From assembly GCA_043745805.1 (NCBI GenBank), contig JAYTSD010000004.1, forward strand, positions 32,001-96,000: 64,000 nt of DNA. Reading direction: 5' to 3'. Below, one piece after another: positions 49,276-58,668 of the stretch (positions within the stretch are counted from its first letter, which is position 1; each line of letters starts with the position of its first letter). Origin of the DNA: Fibrobacteria bacterium (GTDB lineage: Bacteria > Fibrobacterota > Fibrobacteria > UBA11236). The translations under genes and the position numbers were made by a program. Under the pieces are notes generated by a model. It had not been told where the DNA came from, did not search any database, and saw only the letters and a program-made list of their open reading frames with translations.

Positions 49276-50310
49276 ATGAAAAAGAAAAAAACTTGGGCCA
49301 TGCCCTCTGCATTCGTTTTGATTTTGGGCTTTTGTCTTTGCACCATTGGACTCGCCTTAATTTGGAAAAGTACACCCAATCCACAACTAGAAAAAGACCC
49401 TGCCAGCGGATTTGTGCTTTATGAAGTGACCTCAAAATTATCCTTAGGTGAATTATCTACCGACTTACAAGCCAAAGGTTTAATTCCCGAAAAACATTTG
49501 TTCAAATGGTTTTTACGCCTCACACAGCAAGACCGAAAAATCCGCGCGGGCTATTATTATTTATCACCCTCCAATTCCACTTTGAAAATGGCTTGGAAGC
49601 TAACTACTGGTAAAATGGCTACACGTTCCGTGTCTATTCCCGAAGGTAAAGCCAGTTGGGAGATTTATTCGCTTATAAATAATATTATCCCCATCGACAG
49701 TTTGCAGTTCGACTCATTAGTCCATAGTCAAGCCTTCGCCAAAGAACAGGGCATCCATGCGCCGAGCTTGGAAGGTTATTTGTTTCCCGAAACCTATGTG
49801 TTACCTTTAAAAATTTCGGCCCATGACATATTGAAAATCATGACCCAGCAATTTCATACCGTGATTGGAGATGTCGCCAAGGACTCGCCAGTGATACAAA
49901 AATATGGCGTCAATGGATGGATCACTTTAGCATCCATTGTGGAAAAAGAAGCGGCGGTAAAAAGTGAACAAAGTTTAATTGCAGGAGTATTTTATAAACG
50001 CTTACAATTAGGTTGGAGTCTAGGAGCGGATCCCACGGTGCGTTTTATTTTGCATAAATTAACTGGACCCTTGTACGCTTCGGAACTCGATAACAATTCG
50101 CCCTACAATACCCGTAAATTCCCAGGCCTTCCTCCCGGTCCTATTTGCAGCCCAGGGAAAATGGCTTTGCTCGCTAGTTTAAATCCTCCCGAAACGAATA
50201 ATCTTTATTTTGTGGCCAAAGATGATGGCTCCAGAGAACATTTTTTTTCGCGTAATAATGAAGAACATATGCGGTATAAATCTCGCGCTGCGGCAAATCG
50301 GGGAAAGTAG
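49276..50310 (+). CDS. mltG: Endolytic transglycosylase MltG (YceG family)
   Basis: IPEG, LEGYLFPETY, LASIVEKE, DPTV, SPYNT, GLPPGPICSPG, LYFVA. Confidence 0.96.
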   Translation: MKKKKTWAMPSAFVLILGFCLCTIGLALIWKSTPNPQLEKDPASGFVLYEVTSKLSLGELSTDLQAKGLIPEKHLFKWFLRLTQQDRKIRAGYYYLSPSNSTLKMAWKLTTGKMATRSVSIPEGKASWEIYSLINNIIPIDSLQFDSLVHSQAFAKEQGIHAPSLEGYLFPETYVLPLKISAHDILKIMTQQFHTVIGDVAKDSPVIQKYGVNGWITLASIVEKEAAVKSEQSLIAGVFYKRLQLGWSLGADPTVRFILHKLTGPLYASELDNNSPYNTRKFPGLPPGPICSPGKMALLASLNPPETNNLYFVAKDDGSREHFFSRNNEEHMRYKSRAAANRGK

Positions 50311-50636
50311 TATTACTCCCCATATTCCCTTTTTAAAGGGGAAACATTAAAGTTACGGTTAAAAAAAATATTTTACAAATTTGGAATTGTTAAAAATGAA
50401 GTGGCAAACTTTGTAAATAGAGTGTCGAAAATACCTTGTTTTAAAGGATTTTAACCAACGACACTTGGCTATGCCCCAATATTGGCAGGGGTTGTAAAAC
50501 AAATCGATTTCTCCTTATATGTAAAATCCCCCGAATGGGGGATGCCATACCCCCATTCTCGCATGTAGCCTTCAAATACAGACCAAGCGCAGCCCTACTC
50601 TAAGGTCTGATGCAGCAGAATAAAAGGAGAGGACCT

Positions 50637-51311
50637 ATGAGCACAGTGACAGTCCAAGCCGAACCCCAAGCCATTGAAATTGATCCCGCCAAAACAGCTA
50701 TTGTGATAATCGATATGCAAAGAGATTTTTTGTTACCTGGTGGTTTTGGGGAATCCTTGGGAAATGATGTATCCCTTTTGCAAAAGGCTGTCGGACCAAT
50801 TGATGCCTTGCTCAAAGGCACGCGAAAATTAGGCATGTTAATCATTCATACACGCGAAGGGCATCTTCCCGACTTGAGCGATGCACCCAAAGCAAAAATC
50901 GAACGCGGCGCGCCAAGCATACGTATCGGAGCGCCAGGTCCTATGGGACGCATTTTAATTCGCGGTGAAATGGGCCATGACATCATAGATGCTTTGAAAC
51001 CTATGGCTGGAGAAGTGATTATCGACAAACCGGGTAAGGGTGCCTTTTATGCTACGGAACTCGGCGCGATACTGAAACAAAATCATATTGAAAATCTCAT
51101 CGTCTGCGGCGTAACCACCGAAGTCTGCGTACATACCACGGTCCGTGAAGCCAATGATCGCGGTTATAAATGTATAGTGCCTGGTGATTGTTGCGCCTCG
51201 TATTTTCCAGAATTCCATGAAATGGGTTTGAAAATGATTAAAGCACAAGGCGGTATTTTTGGTTGGGTTTCTGATTCAACGAAAGTACTTGATGCTCTTA
51301 GCAAAGCCTAA
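50637..51311 (+). CDS. trtA: Isochorismatase-family cysteine hydrolase with triuret hydrolase (TrtA) signature
   Basis: Asp-Lys-Cys triad (IDMQ, DKPGKG, EVCV); GGFGESLGND, TTEVC, ASYF and QGGIFG match the TrtA-type residues rather than BiuH (GGYxxxMGYD, TTDVC, GAT, QGGVFG), as recalled; ATG 50637 follows AGGAGAGG. Confidence 0.78.
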   Translation: MSTVTVQAEPQAIEIDPAKTAIVIIDMQRDFLLPGGFGESLGNDVSLLQKAVGPIDALLKGTRKLGMLIIHTREGHLPDLSDAPKAKIERGAPSIRIGAPGPMGRILIRGEMGHDIIDALKPMAGEVIIDKPGKGAFYATELGAILKQNHIENLIVCGVTTEVCVHTTVREANDRGYKCIVPGDCCASYFPEFHEMGLKMIKAQGGIFGWVSDSTKVLDALSKA

Positions 51312-51359
51312 TGAAGTTTATTTTCACTAAACAATTCACATAACATAGGAGTACTCAAT

Positions 51360-52976
51360 ATGAATGCCACCACAATGTCATCCTCAATGTTCAAACCAAA
51401 ACTTTGGGTACCCGGTGACTGGAATGCCTTATTTGGTTTCGGCACAAATATATTGGTGAATATGCTCACATTAAGTGGCTTGCTGCTTTTTGTATTGCAA
51501 ATGCCGCGCGAAATGGTATTTGGCCATATACTTCCCGCTGCGGGTATGATGATGTGCATGAGCACCATGTATTATGCATGGCTCGCTTATCGCCTCGCGC
51601 AAAAAACTGGTCGCACTGATGTATGCGCATTACCTTCAGGTATCAGTGTACCCCATATGTTTATCGTAACCTTAGTGATTATGTTACCCATAAAACTTGC
51701 AACGGGTGATCCAGTGAAAGCCTGGCAGGCAGGTCTTACATGGGTGTTTATTCAAAGCTTTGTATTAATGGGCGGCGGCTTCCTCGCTCCTATTATCCGA
51801 AGAATCACTCCTAAAGCCGCCTTGCTTGGCGCGCTTGCCGGTGTAGCTATAACTTTCATTTCCATGAAACCTGCTCTTGAAATGTTTATGACTCCTGTAG
51901 TGGGTGTGGTATGCTTCGCCATTATTATGGTCAGCTGGTTTGGCGGTGTGAAATATGGCGGCATCCCTGCAGGCCTTGTCGCTATTGCTGCAGGCTCACT
52001 CGTTGCTTGGGGTTCCAATTTATTTGGATTAAACTATGGGGGCATGACGGCGGAATCGCTTAAGGCTTCTTTTGGAACATTTGGATTTTCGGTGCCGCAT
52101 CCAGTAATCGGTTTAGTACTCGGTGGTTTACATTGGTCTTTTTTAAAAGTAATACTTGTTACGGCTATTCCTTTCGGCATATATGATCTCGTGGAAGCTA
52201 TGGATAATGTGGTAAGCGCTTCGGCAGCTGGCGATGAATATCCCACCACTCGCGTACTCACCGCCGATGGTGTAATAAGCCTTATCGGTTGTTTGATGGG
52301 CAATCCTTATATCAATGCTGTATATATCGGGCATCCCGGTTGGAAAGCGATGGGCGGTCGCATAGGTTACTCCGCCGCTACGGGGGTTATGATTATTATA
52401 CTCTCTTGGTTCGGCGTTATTTCTCTGATGACAGCCTTTATTCCCGTCGTCGCCATCTCCCCAATTCTGCTCTATATCGGCATGCTTATAGGCTCGCAAG
52501 CCTTTCAAGAAACCCCTCATCGCCATGCACCAGCTATCATTGTCGCCTTAGTCCCTTCACTCGCGGCTTGGGCTAAATTACAAATCGACAATTCTTTAGG
52601 CGCGGTATCCGGCATTCATCAAATTACGCCGGACATGATAGGTGCGATGAAACAAGTCGGCATAATGTATCATGGCCTTTCTATTTTGGGAGGTGGATCT
52701 ATTCTTTCGGGCGTTATACTCGGCGCAGTCACCATATTCATCATTGATCGTAGCTTTATGAAAGGCGCATGGTTCTCCATGGCTGGTGGTGTACTAACTT
52801 TCTTCGGTCTAATGCATGGCGAAGAAGTAGGTGCTTTTCAAAATCCAGGATTAGTATTTGCTTACTTTGCTGTAGGCGGTGTACTTTTCGCTTGCGCGCG
52901 TTTTTCCAAAGAACCCATTATGGTTCCTGACGAAGTGCAAGTAGAACATGAGCAAACGGCTGAGCTGGTGCATTAA
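51360..52976 (+). CDS. NCS2/AzgA-like permease of the type found beside biuret/triuret hydrolases
   Basis: About 14 TMs; PGDWNALFG, ALPSGISVPH, VYIGHPGWKAMGGRIGYS; AGGAG RBS. Confidence 0.8.
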   Translation: MNATTMSSSMFKPKLWVPGDWNALFGFGTNILVNMLTLSGLLLFVLQMPREMVFGHILPAAGMMMCMSTMYYAWLAYRLAQKTGRTDVCALPSGISVPHMFIVTLVIMLPIKLATGDPVKAWQAGLTWVFIQSFVLMGGGFLAPIIRRITPKAALLGALAGVAITFISMKPALEMFMTPVVGVVCFAIIMVSWFGGVKYGGIPAGLVAIAAGSLVAWGSNLFGLNYGGMTAESLKASFGTFGFSVPHPVIGLVLGGLHWSFLKVILVTAIPFGIYDLVEAMDNVVSASAAGDEYPTTRVLTADGVISLIGCLMGNPYINAVYIGHPGWKAMGGRIGYSAATGVMIIILSWFGVISLMTAFIPVVAISPILLYIGMLIGSQAFQETPHRHAPAIIVALVPSLAAWAKLQIDNSLGAVSGIHQITPDMIGAMKQVGIMYHGLSILGGGSILSGVILGAVTIFIIDRSFMKGAWFSMAGGVLTFFGLMHGEEVGAFQNPGLVFAYFAVGGVLFACARFSKEPIMVPDEVQVEHEQTAELVH

Positions 52977-52990
52977 TTAATAAGTTTACG

Positions 52991-53027
52991 AGAAGGCGAT
53001 CTTTGAAAAAAGATTGCTTTTTGTTTT
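52991..53027 (+). terminator. Intrinsic terminator of the hydrolase-permease operon
   Basis: GAAGGCGATCTTT/AAAGATTGCTTTT stem (with G-U pairs) followed by T-rich sequence. Confidence 0.7.
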
Positions 53028-53050
53028 GTGAATAATATCATTCCTATTTT

Positions 53051-53748
53051 TTACAACTTTTTAATAACAAGTAATGTACTTACCAGATCATAAGCCGGAC
53101 TCAATGAAAAGCTTCCATTAGCTTTTTCAAGCATAGAGAAGTTTTTCAAATGCATGTCGGCATTGCCGCTAATAAAACTAAACATGGTCAGCTCGAAATA
53201 GTGTAAAGCATCTAGACCTGCTTGGGTAGAAAACTGTTTAATAGTTTTTCCAGTTTTTTCATAACTGCCTCGGCATTTATGCTCCGTCAATGTTTCTGTA
53301 TGCTGACATAAATCTTCGCAAGCTAATTTATTATTCTCGACTCTTTCAAATCTCTGCGTGAGATAAGCCAATCTACCACTGGGTAATCGGCCTAAACCAT
53401 GTTTAGCCACTTGAATACCAAAACCCTCAGCAAGATGCATACATAGATCTTCATTCTCAGGTAAAGCCTTAAAGGTCTCACTTTGCGGTTTAATGATATA
53501 ATTGCTTTTATCATCGACTACTGTAAAACGAATATTTTTTTCCTCTTTTCCAGCCATAAACTTAATTTAGGCTGCACGCCAGTAATAGCGGTATTTGCGC
53601 CTATAATTTCCTTAGCATAATCGCTGAGTTTTTTTTCATCAATATCAATTATCGGCATTTCCTTTAAGCCGAAAATTTTCTGCACACATTTGGAGTGATA
53701 GTCGGTTTCCGATTTATCCAAGGTTGTATAACAAAGCAAGCATTTCAT
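53051..53748 (-). pseudogene. hipA: HipA-family kinase toxin, frameshifted and 3'-truncated
   Basis: MKCLLCY...ITGVQPKLSL in one frame continues as YIIKPQ, ENEDLCM, RFER, EDLCQ, GNADMHLKNFS, LSPAYDL in the -1 frame; it stops shortly after PAYD. Confidence 0.85.
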
Positions 53749-53960
53749 TTTATTTTGTCTTTGCGAATGTTCATCCTAATGCTAATGTCGCCTATGCAGT
53801 CTTTACATACAGTCAATAATAATTGCATTCTGTCCTTTGGATTCAACTTCCAATTGTCTATAGCAATTTCCAATAACCATCCCTCGGGTATGAGTCCATC
53901 GAAAAAGGGTAACATATTTTTATCGGTAAAGATTTCCGTTCGCAAAGGTAAAGTACGACC
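53745..53960 (-). pseudogene. HipA N-terminal (couple_hipA) domain gene, 5'-truncated
   Basis: RTLPLR..LPFFDGLIPEGWLL..DRMQLL..DCIG is the C-terminal half only; an in-frame TGA lies just upstream and the N-terminal half is missing. Confidence 0.8.
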
Positions 53961-54045
53961 ATCTAACGTTTCAAATTGTAAAGAATTTCAGTTCCCTAAA
54001 AATTGGATTTAGTTATACCGATTCAAATATTTTAGTACTAACCAC

Positions 54046-55458
54046 CTACCCCCCAACCTTAATCTTCCCCGGCGTACGCGGAAAAGGAATCACATCACGA
54101 ATATTCCCCATTCCCGTTACAAACAGCACAAGCCGCTCAAATCCCAAACCAAAACCCGCATGCGGCACCGAACCAAAGCGCCGTAAATCCAAATACCATT
54201 GCAACTCTTCCACCGGCAATTTCATTTCCTCAATACGCTTTTGCAAAAACTCCAAACGATCTTCGCGTTGCGAACCGCCGATAATTTCCCCGATGCCTGG
54301 CACTAACACATCCATGGCCCGTACGGTTTTGCCATCCTCATTTTGCTTCATATAAAAAGCCTTGATGTCCTTGGGATAATCCGTAAGTATGACTGGGCAT
54401 TTAAAAGCGGTTTCCGTGAGGTAACGTTCATGTTCGGATTGTAAATCCATGCCCCAGCTTACGGGAAATTTAAATTCGGAAGAATGCGGTTCCAATAAAG
54501 TTATAGCTTCCGTATAAGTTAATCTTTTGAAATCCTGAGAGACTACTGACTGCAAGGTCTTGATAATGTTAGGCTCTATGCGTTCTTGAAAAAACTCCAT
54601 TTCGCGCGGACACTGTGTTAATGCGGCATTCAATAAAAATTTCAAAAAACTTTCTGCAAGTTCCGCATCATCATTCAAATCCGCAAAAGCCATTTCCGGC
54701 TCCACCATCCAGAACTCCGCGAGATGACGCGAAGTATGCGAATTCTCCGCACGAAAGGTAGGACCAAAAGTATATACATCACCCATAGCGCAAGCATAAG
54801 TTTCCGCTTCCAATTGACCGCTCACTGTAAGATTAGTTTGTGCGGCAAAAAAATCTTGTGCATAATCCACTTGCCCATTAACCATAGGTATTTTATCCAA
54901 AGGCAAAGTCGTGACATGAAACGTTTCGCCTGCACCTTCACAATCATTGGCAGAAAGAATCGGCGTATGCACCCAAATGAAACCGCGTTGTTGAAAAAAA
55001 TCATGCACCGCTCGCGCCAGCACATTGCGTACTCGCGCAATAGCACCGAAAGTATTTGTTCTCGCCCGCAAATGGGTATAGTCGCGCAAATATTCGTAAG
55101 ACATTTTTTGTTTCCCTATGGGGTAACTCGCAGGATCTGCGGCGCCCAAAAGTTCGGCTTCCAACACTTGGATTTCAACACTTTGATTTTTGCCTTGTGA
55201 CGCCACTAAAGTTCCGCGCACAGCAATGGAAGATCCGGTATGTAATTGAGCAATTAAAGTGGCGTAACCTGGAAGTGATGCAGGGAGCACCGCTTGCATA
55301 TTCGCAAAACAGGAGCCATCGTTGATTTCTACGAAGGAAAATCCACCTTTGGAATCGCGGCGCGTGCGTACCCAGCCTTTAACCCAAATTTCAGTGCCGA
55401 TTTCAGGATGAGCAAACAAGGCTTGGATTTTGACTCTTTTCACTTTTCCATCACTCAT
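54046..55458 (-). CDS. asnS: Asparagine--tRNA ligase
   Basis: GWVRTRR, LTVSGQL, FGPTFRAENSHTSRHLAEFWMVEPE, GEIIGGSQRE, PHAGFGLGFER. Confidence 0.98.
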   Translation of the reverse strand: MSDGKVKRVKIQALFAHPEIGTEIWVKGWVRTRRDSKGGFSFVEINDGSCFANMQAVLPASLPGYATLIAQLHTGSSIAVRGTLVASQGKNQSVEIQVLEAELLGAADPASYPIGKQKMSYEYLRDYTHLRARTNTFGAIARVRNVLARAVHDFFQQRGFIWVHTPILSANDCEGAGETFHVTTLPLDKIPMVNGQVDYAQDFFAAQTNLTVSGQLEAETYACAMGDVYTFGPTFRAENSHTSRHLAEFWMVEPEMAFADLNDDAELAESFLKFLLNAALTQCPREMEFFQERIEPNIIKTLQSVVSQDFKRLTYTEAITLLEPHSSEFKFPVSWGMDLQSEHERYLTETAFKCPVILTDYPKDIKAFYMKQNEDGKTVRAMDVLVPGIGEIIGGSQREDRLEFLQKRIEEMKLPVEELQWYLDLRRFGSVPHAGFGLGFERLVLFVTGMGNIRDVIPFPRTPGKIKVGG

Positions 55459-55506
55459 AAAACCTCTTTTTTAGCTTAAAAACAATAATTTTTACCGTCT
55501 TATCTT

Positions 55507-55531
55507 ATTGTCTATAAATTTTGTAGACAAT
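55507..55531. promoter_or_regulatory. 25-bp imperfect palindrome, candidate Fe-S regulator operator
   Basis: ATTGTCTATAAA-T-TTTGTAGACAAT (11/12 arm match) in the divergent asnS / nfu-suf intergenic region. Confidence 0.5.
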
Positions 55532-55602
55532 TAATTATCTTTACCGATTATACTTATTAAAACTTAATACCACATAAATAATACGTGGAATGAGGCAGCT
55601 TA

Positions 55603-56421
55603 ATGCAGTCCAATACAGAAAATCCGGTTCTTGCAGAAAATTCGAATTCCTCCACTGAGAGCAATAAGATGAATACTCCTCCTAAATTCTCTCAAAAAAT
55701 AGAAAGCCTTGCCAGTTCTCCGAAATTTCGGGGAGCATTTTTTACCGAAGATGCGGCGAGCAAAAATTTAGCCTTGGTCACGGCCAAATATCGCGACATC
55801 AAAGTGTATTGGCTAGTCGATCCTTATAGCGATTTAATTTATGATGCCAAGTTTTTTTCTTATGGCGGCACACTTTCCATCGCTATGGGTGATACGCTTT
55901 GCCAATTAGCCAAAGGCATGAAAGTTGAAAGCGCTTGTTCACTCAGTATTGCTGGGCTCGAATCCATGTTACGTGATACGCCTGATATGCCTGCGACAGC
56001 AATACCTATGGATGAAGCATTCGTGTCCTTGCCTTCTTTATTGAAAGCGGTTTTGGATAGCTATCCATCAGCCAAAGCCATGGCCTTTGCCACTATTCAA
56101 GTGAAGGCCACGCAAAACCCTGCGCAACGCACGGTGACCTATGCGGACCTCACGGCTGCCGATGAATTGTGGTTGAAAAAAAGTAAAGAAGAACAGATTG
56201 CAACCATTGATGAAATTATTGCTAAGGATATTCGTCCTGGTTTAAATTTTGATGGTGGCGATTTACAAATTATGGATATTGAAAATGGCGCGAAGTTGAC
56301 CATTAAATATCAAGGGGCTTGCGGTAGCTGCGGCTCCTCAACGGGTGCAACCTTATCCTTTATCGAAGACACTTTGCGTCGCCAAGTTTTTGGTGGCATG
56401 CAAGTTGTTCCTGTAGAATAA
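55603..56421 (+). CDS. NifU-like protein: degenerate IscU-like domain plus C-terminal Nfu domain
   Basis: IYDAKFFSYGG..IA (IscU-like); IRPGLNFDGGDL...YQGACGSC (Nfu CxxC). Confidence 0.85.
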   Translation: MQSNTENPVLAENSNSSTESNKMNTPPKFSQKIESLASSPKFRGAFFTEDAASKNLALVTAKYRDIKVYWLVDPYSDLIYDAKFFSYGGTLSIAMGDTLCQLAKGMKVESACSLSIAGLESMLRDTPDMPATAIPMDEAFVSLPSLLKAVLDSYPSAKAMAFATIQVKATQNPAQRTVTYADLTAADELWLKKSKEEQIATIDEIIAKDIRPGLNFDGGDLQIMDIENGAKLTIKYQGACGSCGSSTGATLSFIEDTLRRQVFGGMQVVPVE

Positions 56422-56439
56422 CGGGAACTGAAAGTTAAC

Positions 56440-57924
56440 ATGAGTGATACTCCTAATACTAATACGGAAAATACTCTTCCTCCTAATATCCCAACAACTC
56501 TCCCCTATGCTGCGGAAGAGTATAAATATGGTTTTACCACCGATGTAGAAATGGAAGTCTTGGTTAAGGGTTTGAATGAAGACGTGATACGCGCGCTTTC
56601 CACAAAAAAAAATGAACCTGCTTTTTTATTAGAATTTCGTTTGAAGGCTTATCAAAAGTGGTTAACCATGAAAGAGCCTACTTGGCCCCATGTCCATTAT
56701 CCACCGATTGATTATCAAAATATTGTGTATTTCGCGGAACCGAAAAAACGTAAAGTGCTTTCCGGTTTAGATGAAGTAGATCCAGAAATTTTAAAGACTT
56801 TTGAAAAGTTAGGCATACCTCTCGACGAGCAAAAACATTTGTCCAATGTAGCCGTGGATGCGGTATTCGATAGTGTTAGTGTGGCAACCACGCATAAGAA
56901 AAAACTTTTGGAATCCGGCGTTATCTTTTGCTCCTTCAGCGAAGCGGTTAAAGAATATCCGGAACTGATTGAACAATATTTAGGCAGCGTAGTACCTATT
57001 GGCGATAATTATTTTGCCGCTTTAAACTCTGCGGTATTTACCGATGGATCCTTCGTGTATATTCCACCGAATACCATAAGCCCTATGGAGCTATCCACCT
57101 ACTTTCGTATCAATACCGAAGAGTCGGGACAATTCGAACGCACGTTGATTATTGCTGCGGAGAGTAGCTATGTATCGTATCTCGAAGGTTGCACAGCGCC
57201 AAAATTTGATACTAATCAATTACATGCTGCTGTGGTAGAGTTGGTAACACTCGATAATGCGGAGATCAAATACAGCACCGTACAAAACTGGTATGCAGGG
57301 GATCCGGTAACCGGTAAAGGCGGCATTTATAATTTTGTGACTAAGCGCGGAAAATGCTTAGGTAAAAAATCTAAAATCTCTTGGACGCAAGTGGAAACCG
57401 GTTCGGCCATCACTTGGAAATATCCAAGTTGTGTTTTGGTGGGCGATGAATCGGTGGGTGAATTTTATTCGGTGGCTTTAACCGCAGGATTTATGCAAGC
57501 CGATACGGGATCAAAAATGATTCATATCGGGAAGAATACCAAGTCGAGTATTATCTCCAAAGGTATTGCCTCAGATAATAGCAGCAATGCTTATCGTGGC
57601 CTAGTACGTGTAGGTAAACATGCGACTGGCGCGCGCAATTTTTCGCAATGCGATAGTATGCTTGTGGGCCATAAAAGCAGTGCGCATACTTATCCCTATA
57701 TTGAGAATGCCAATAGCAGCTCACAAATTGAACATGAAGCGTCTACTTCCAAAATCAGCGAAGACCAACTCTTTTATTTTGAAAGCCGCGGCATTTCGCG
57801 CGAAGATGCTATTAGTATGATTATTAATGGTTTTTGCAAAGATGTATTTAAACAGCTCCCTATGGAATTTGCCGTAGAAGCACAGAAGTTACTGGCCTTA
57901 AAACTTGAAAATAGTATTGGATAA
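56440..57924 (+). CDS. sufB: Fe-S cluster assembly protein SufB
   Basis: [47 protein letters not shown]. Confidence 0.98.
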   Translation: MSDTPNTNTENTLPPNIPTTLPYAAEEYKYGFTTDVEMEVLVKGLNEDVIRALSTKKNEPAFLLEFRLKAYQKWLTMKEPTWPHVHYPPIDYQNIVYFAEPKKRKVLSGLDEVDPEILKTFEKLGIPLDEQKHLSNVAVDAVFDSVSVATTHKKKLLESGVIFCSFSEAVKEYPELIEQYLGSVVPIGDNYFAALNSAVFTDGSFVYIPPNTISPMELSTYFRINTEESGQFERTLIIAAESSYVSYLEGCTAPKFDTNQLHAAVVELVTLDNAEIKYSTVQNWYAGDPVTGKGGIYNFVTKRGKCLGKKSKISWTQVETGSAITWKYPSCVLVGDESVGEFYSVALTAGFMQADTGSKMIHIGKNTKSSIISKGIASDNSSNAYRGLVRVGKHATGARNFSQCDSMLVGHKSSAHTYPYIENANSSSQIEHEASTSKISEDQLFYFESRGISREDAISMIINGFCKDVFKQLPMEFAVEAQKLLALKLENSIG

Positions 57925-57927
57925 AGC

Positions 57928-58668
57928 ATGTTAATTGTAAACGACATCACTGCAAATATTGAAGAAACCTCCATTCTCAAAGGCATTAACTTACACGTTA
58001 AAGCGGGCGAAGTACATGCTATTATGGGTCCCAATGGATCGGGCAAAAGTACTTTATCCAAAGTAATTGCCGGTCATCCCGACTATAAAGTTTCCGCAGG
58101 TGAAGTTTTATTCCAAGGGGAAAACATTCTCGCACTCGCTGCCGATGAACGTGCGCGCAAAGGCATATTCTTAAGCTTTCAATATCCCGTGGAAATTCCG
58201 GGTGTGAGCAATAGCGAATTTTTACGCATGGCTTATAATGCGCGTCGTAAAGATAAAGGCTTAGAAGAAGTAGATCCTTTGGACTTCGATGAAATTCTTT
58301 CGCAAAAAATGGCCGCGCTGGATATGGGCGATAAATATAAAGATCGATCGGTGAATGAAGGCTTTTCTGGCGGTGAAAAAAAACGCAATGAAATTTTACA
58401 AATGTCCGTACTCGATCCGGTCCTAGCTATTCTCGATGAAACCGATTCGGGTTTAGATGTGGATGCTTTGAAGGTGGTGGCGAATGGTATTAATCGTTTT
58501 CGCGGTCCCACTAAAGGCATTGTTTTAATTACGCATTATCAACGCTTGCTCGATTATGTGCAACCGGACTTTGTGCATATTCTCAGCGGTGGAAAAATTA
58601 TTAAATCCGGCGGTCCCGAATTGGCTTTGGAAGTGGAAAAACAAGGCTATGATTGGTTGGTAAAATAA
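57928..58668 (+). CDS. sufC: Fe-S cluster assembly ATPase SufC
   Basis: [45 protein letters not shown]. Confidence 0.98.
   Translation: MLIVNDITANIEETSILKGINLHVKAGEVHAIMGPNGSGKSTLSKVIAGHPDYKVSAGEVLFQGENILALAADERARKGIFLSFQYPVEIPGVSNSEFLRMAYNARRKDKGLEEVDPLDFDEILSQKMAALDMGDKYKDRSVNEGFSGGEKKRNEILQMSVLDPVLAILDETDSGLDVDALKVVANGINRFRGPTKGIVLITHYQRLLDYVQPDFVHILSGGKIIKSGGPELALEVEKQGYDWLVK

Noticed and set aside
50311-50636. Guanidine-I/II/III riboswitch or sigma54/NtrC sites upstream of the hydrolase
   Set aside because: None of the conserved riboswitch cores are present, the TGGC sites lack GG-N10-GC spacing, and TGC-N10-GCA is one base short of an NtrC box.
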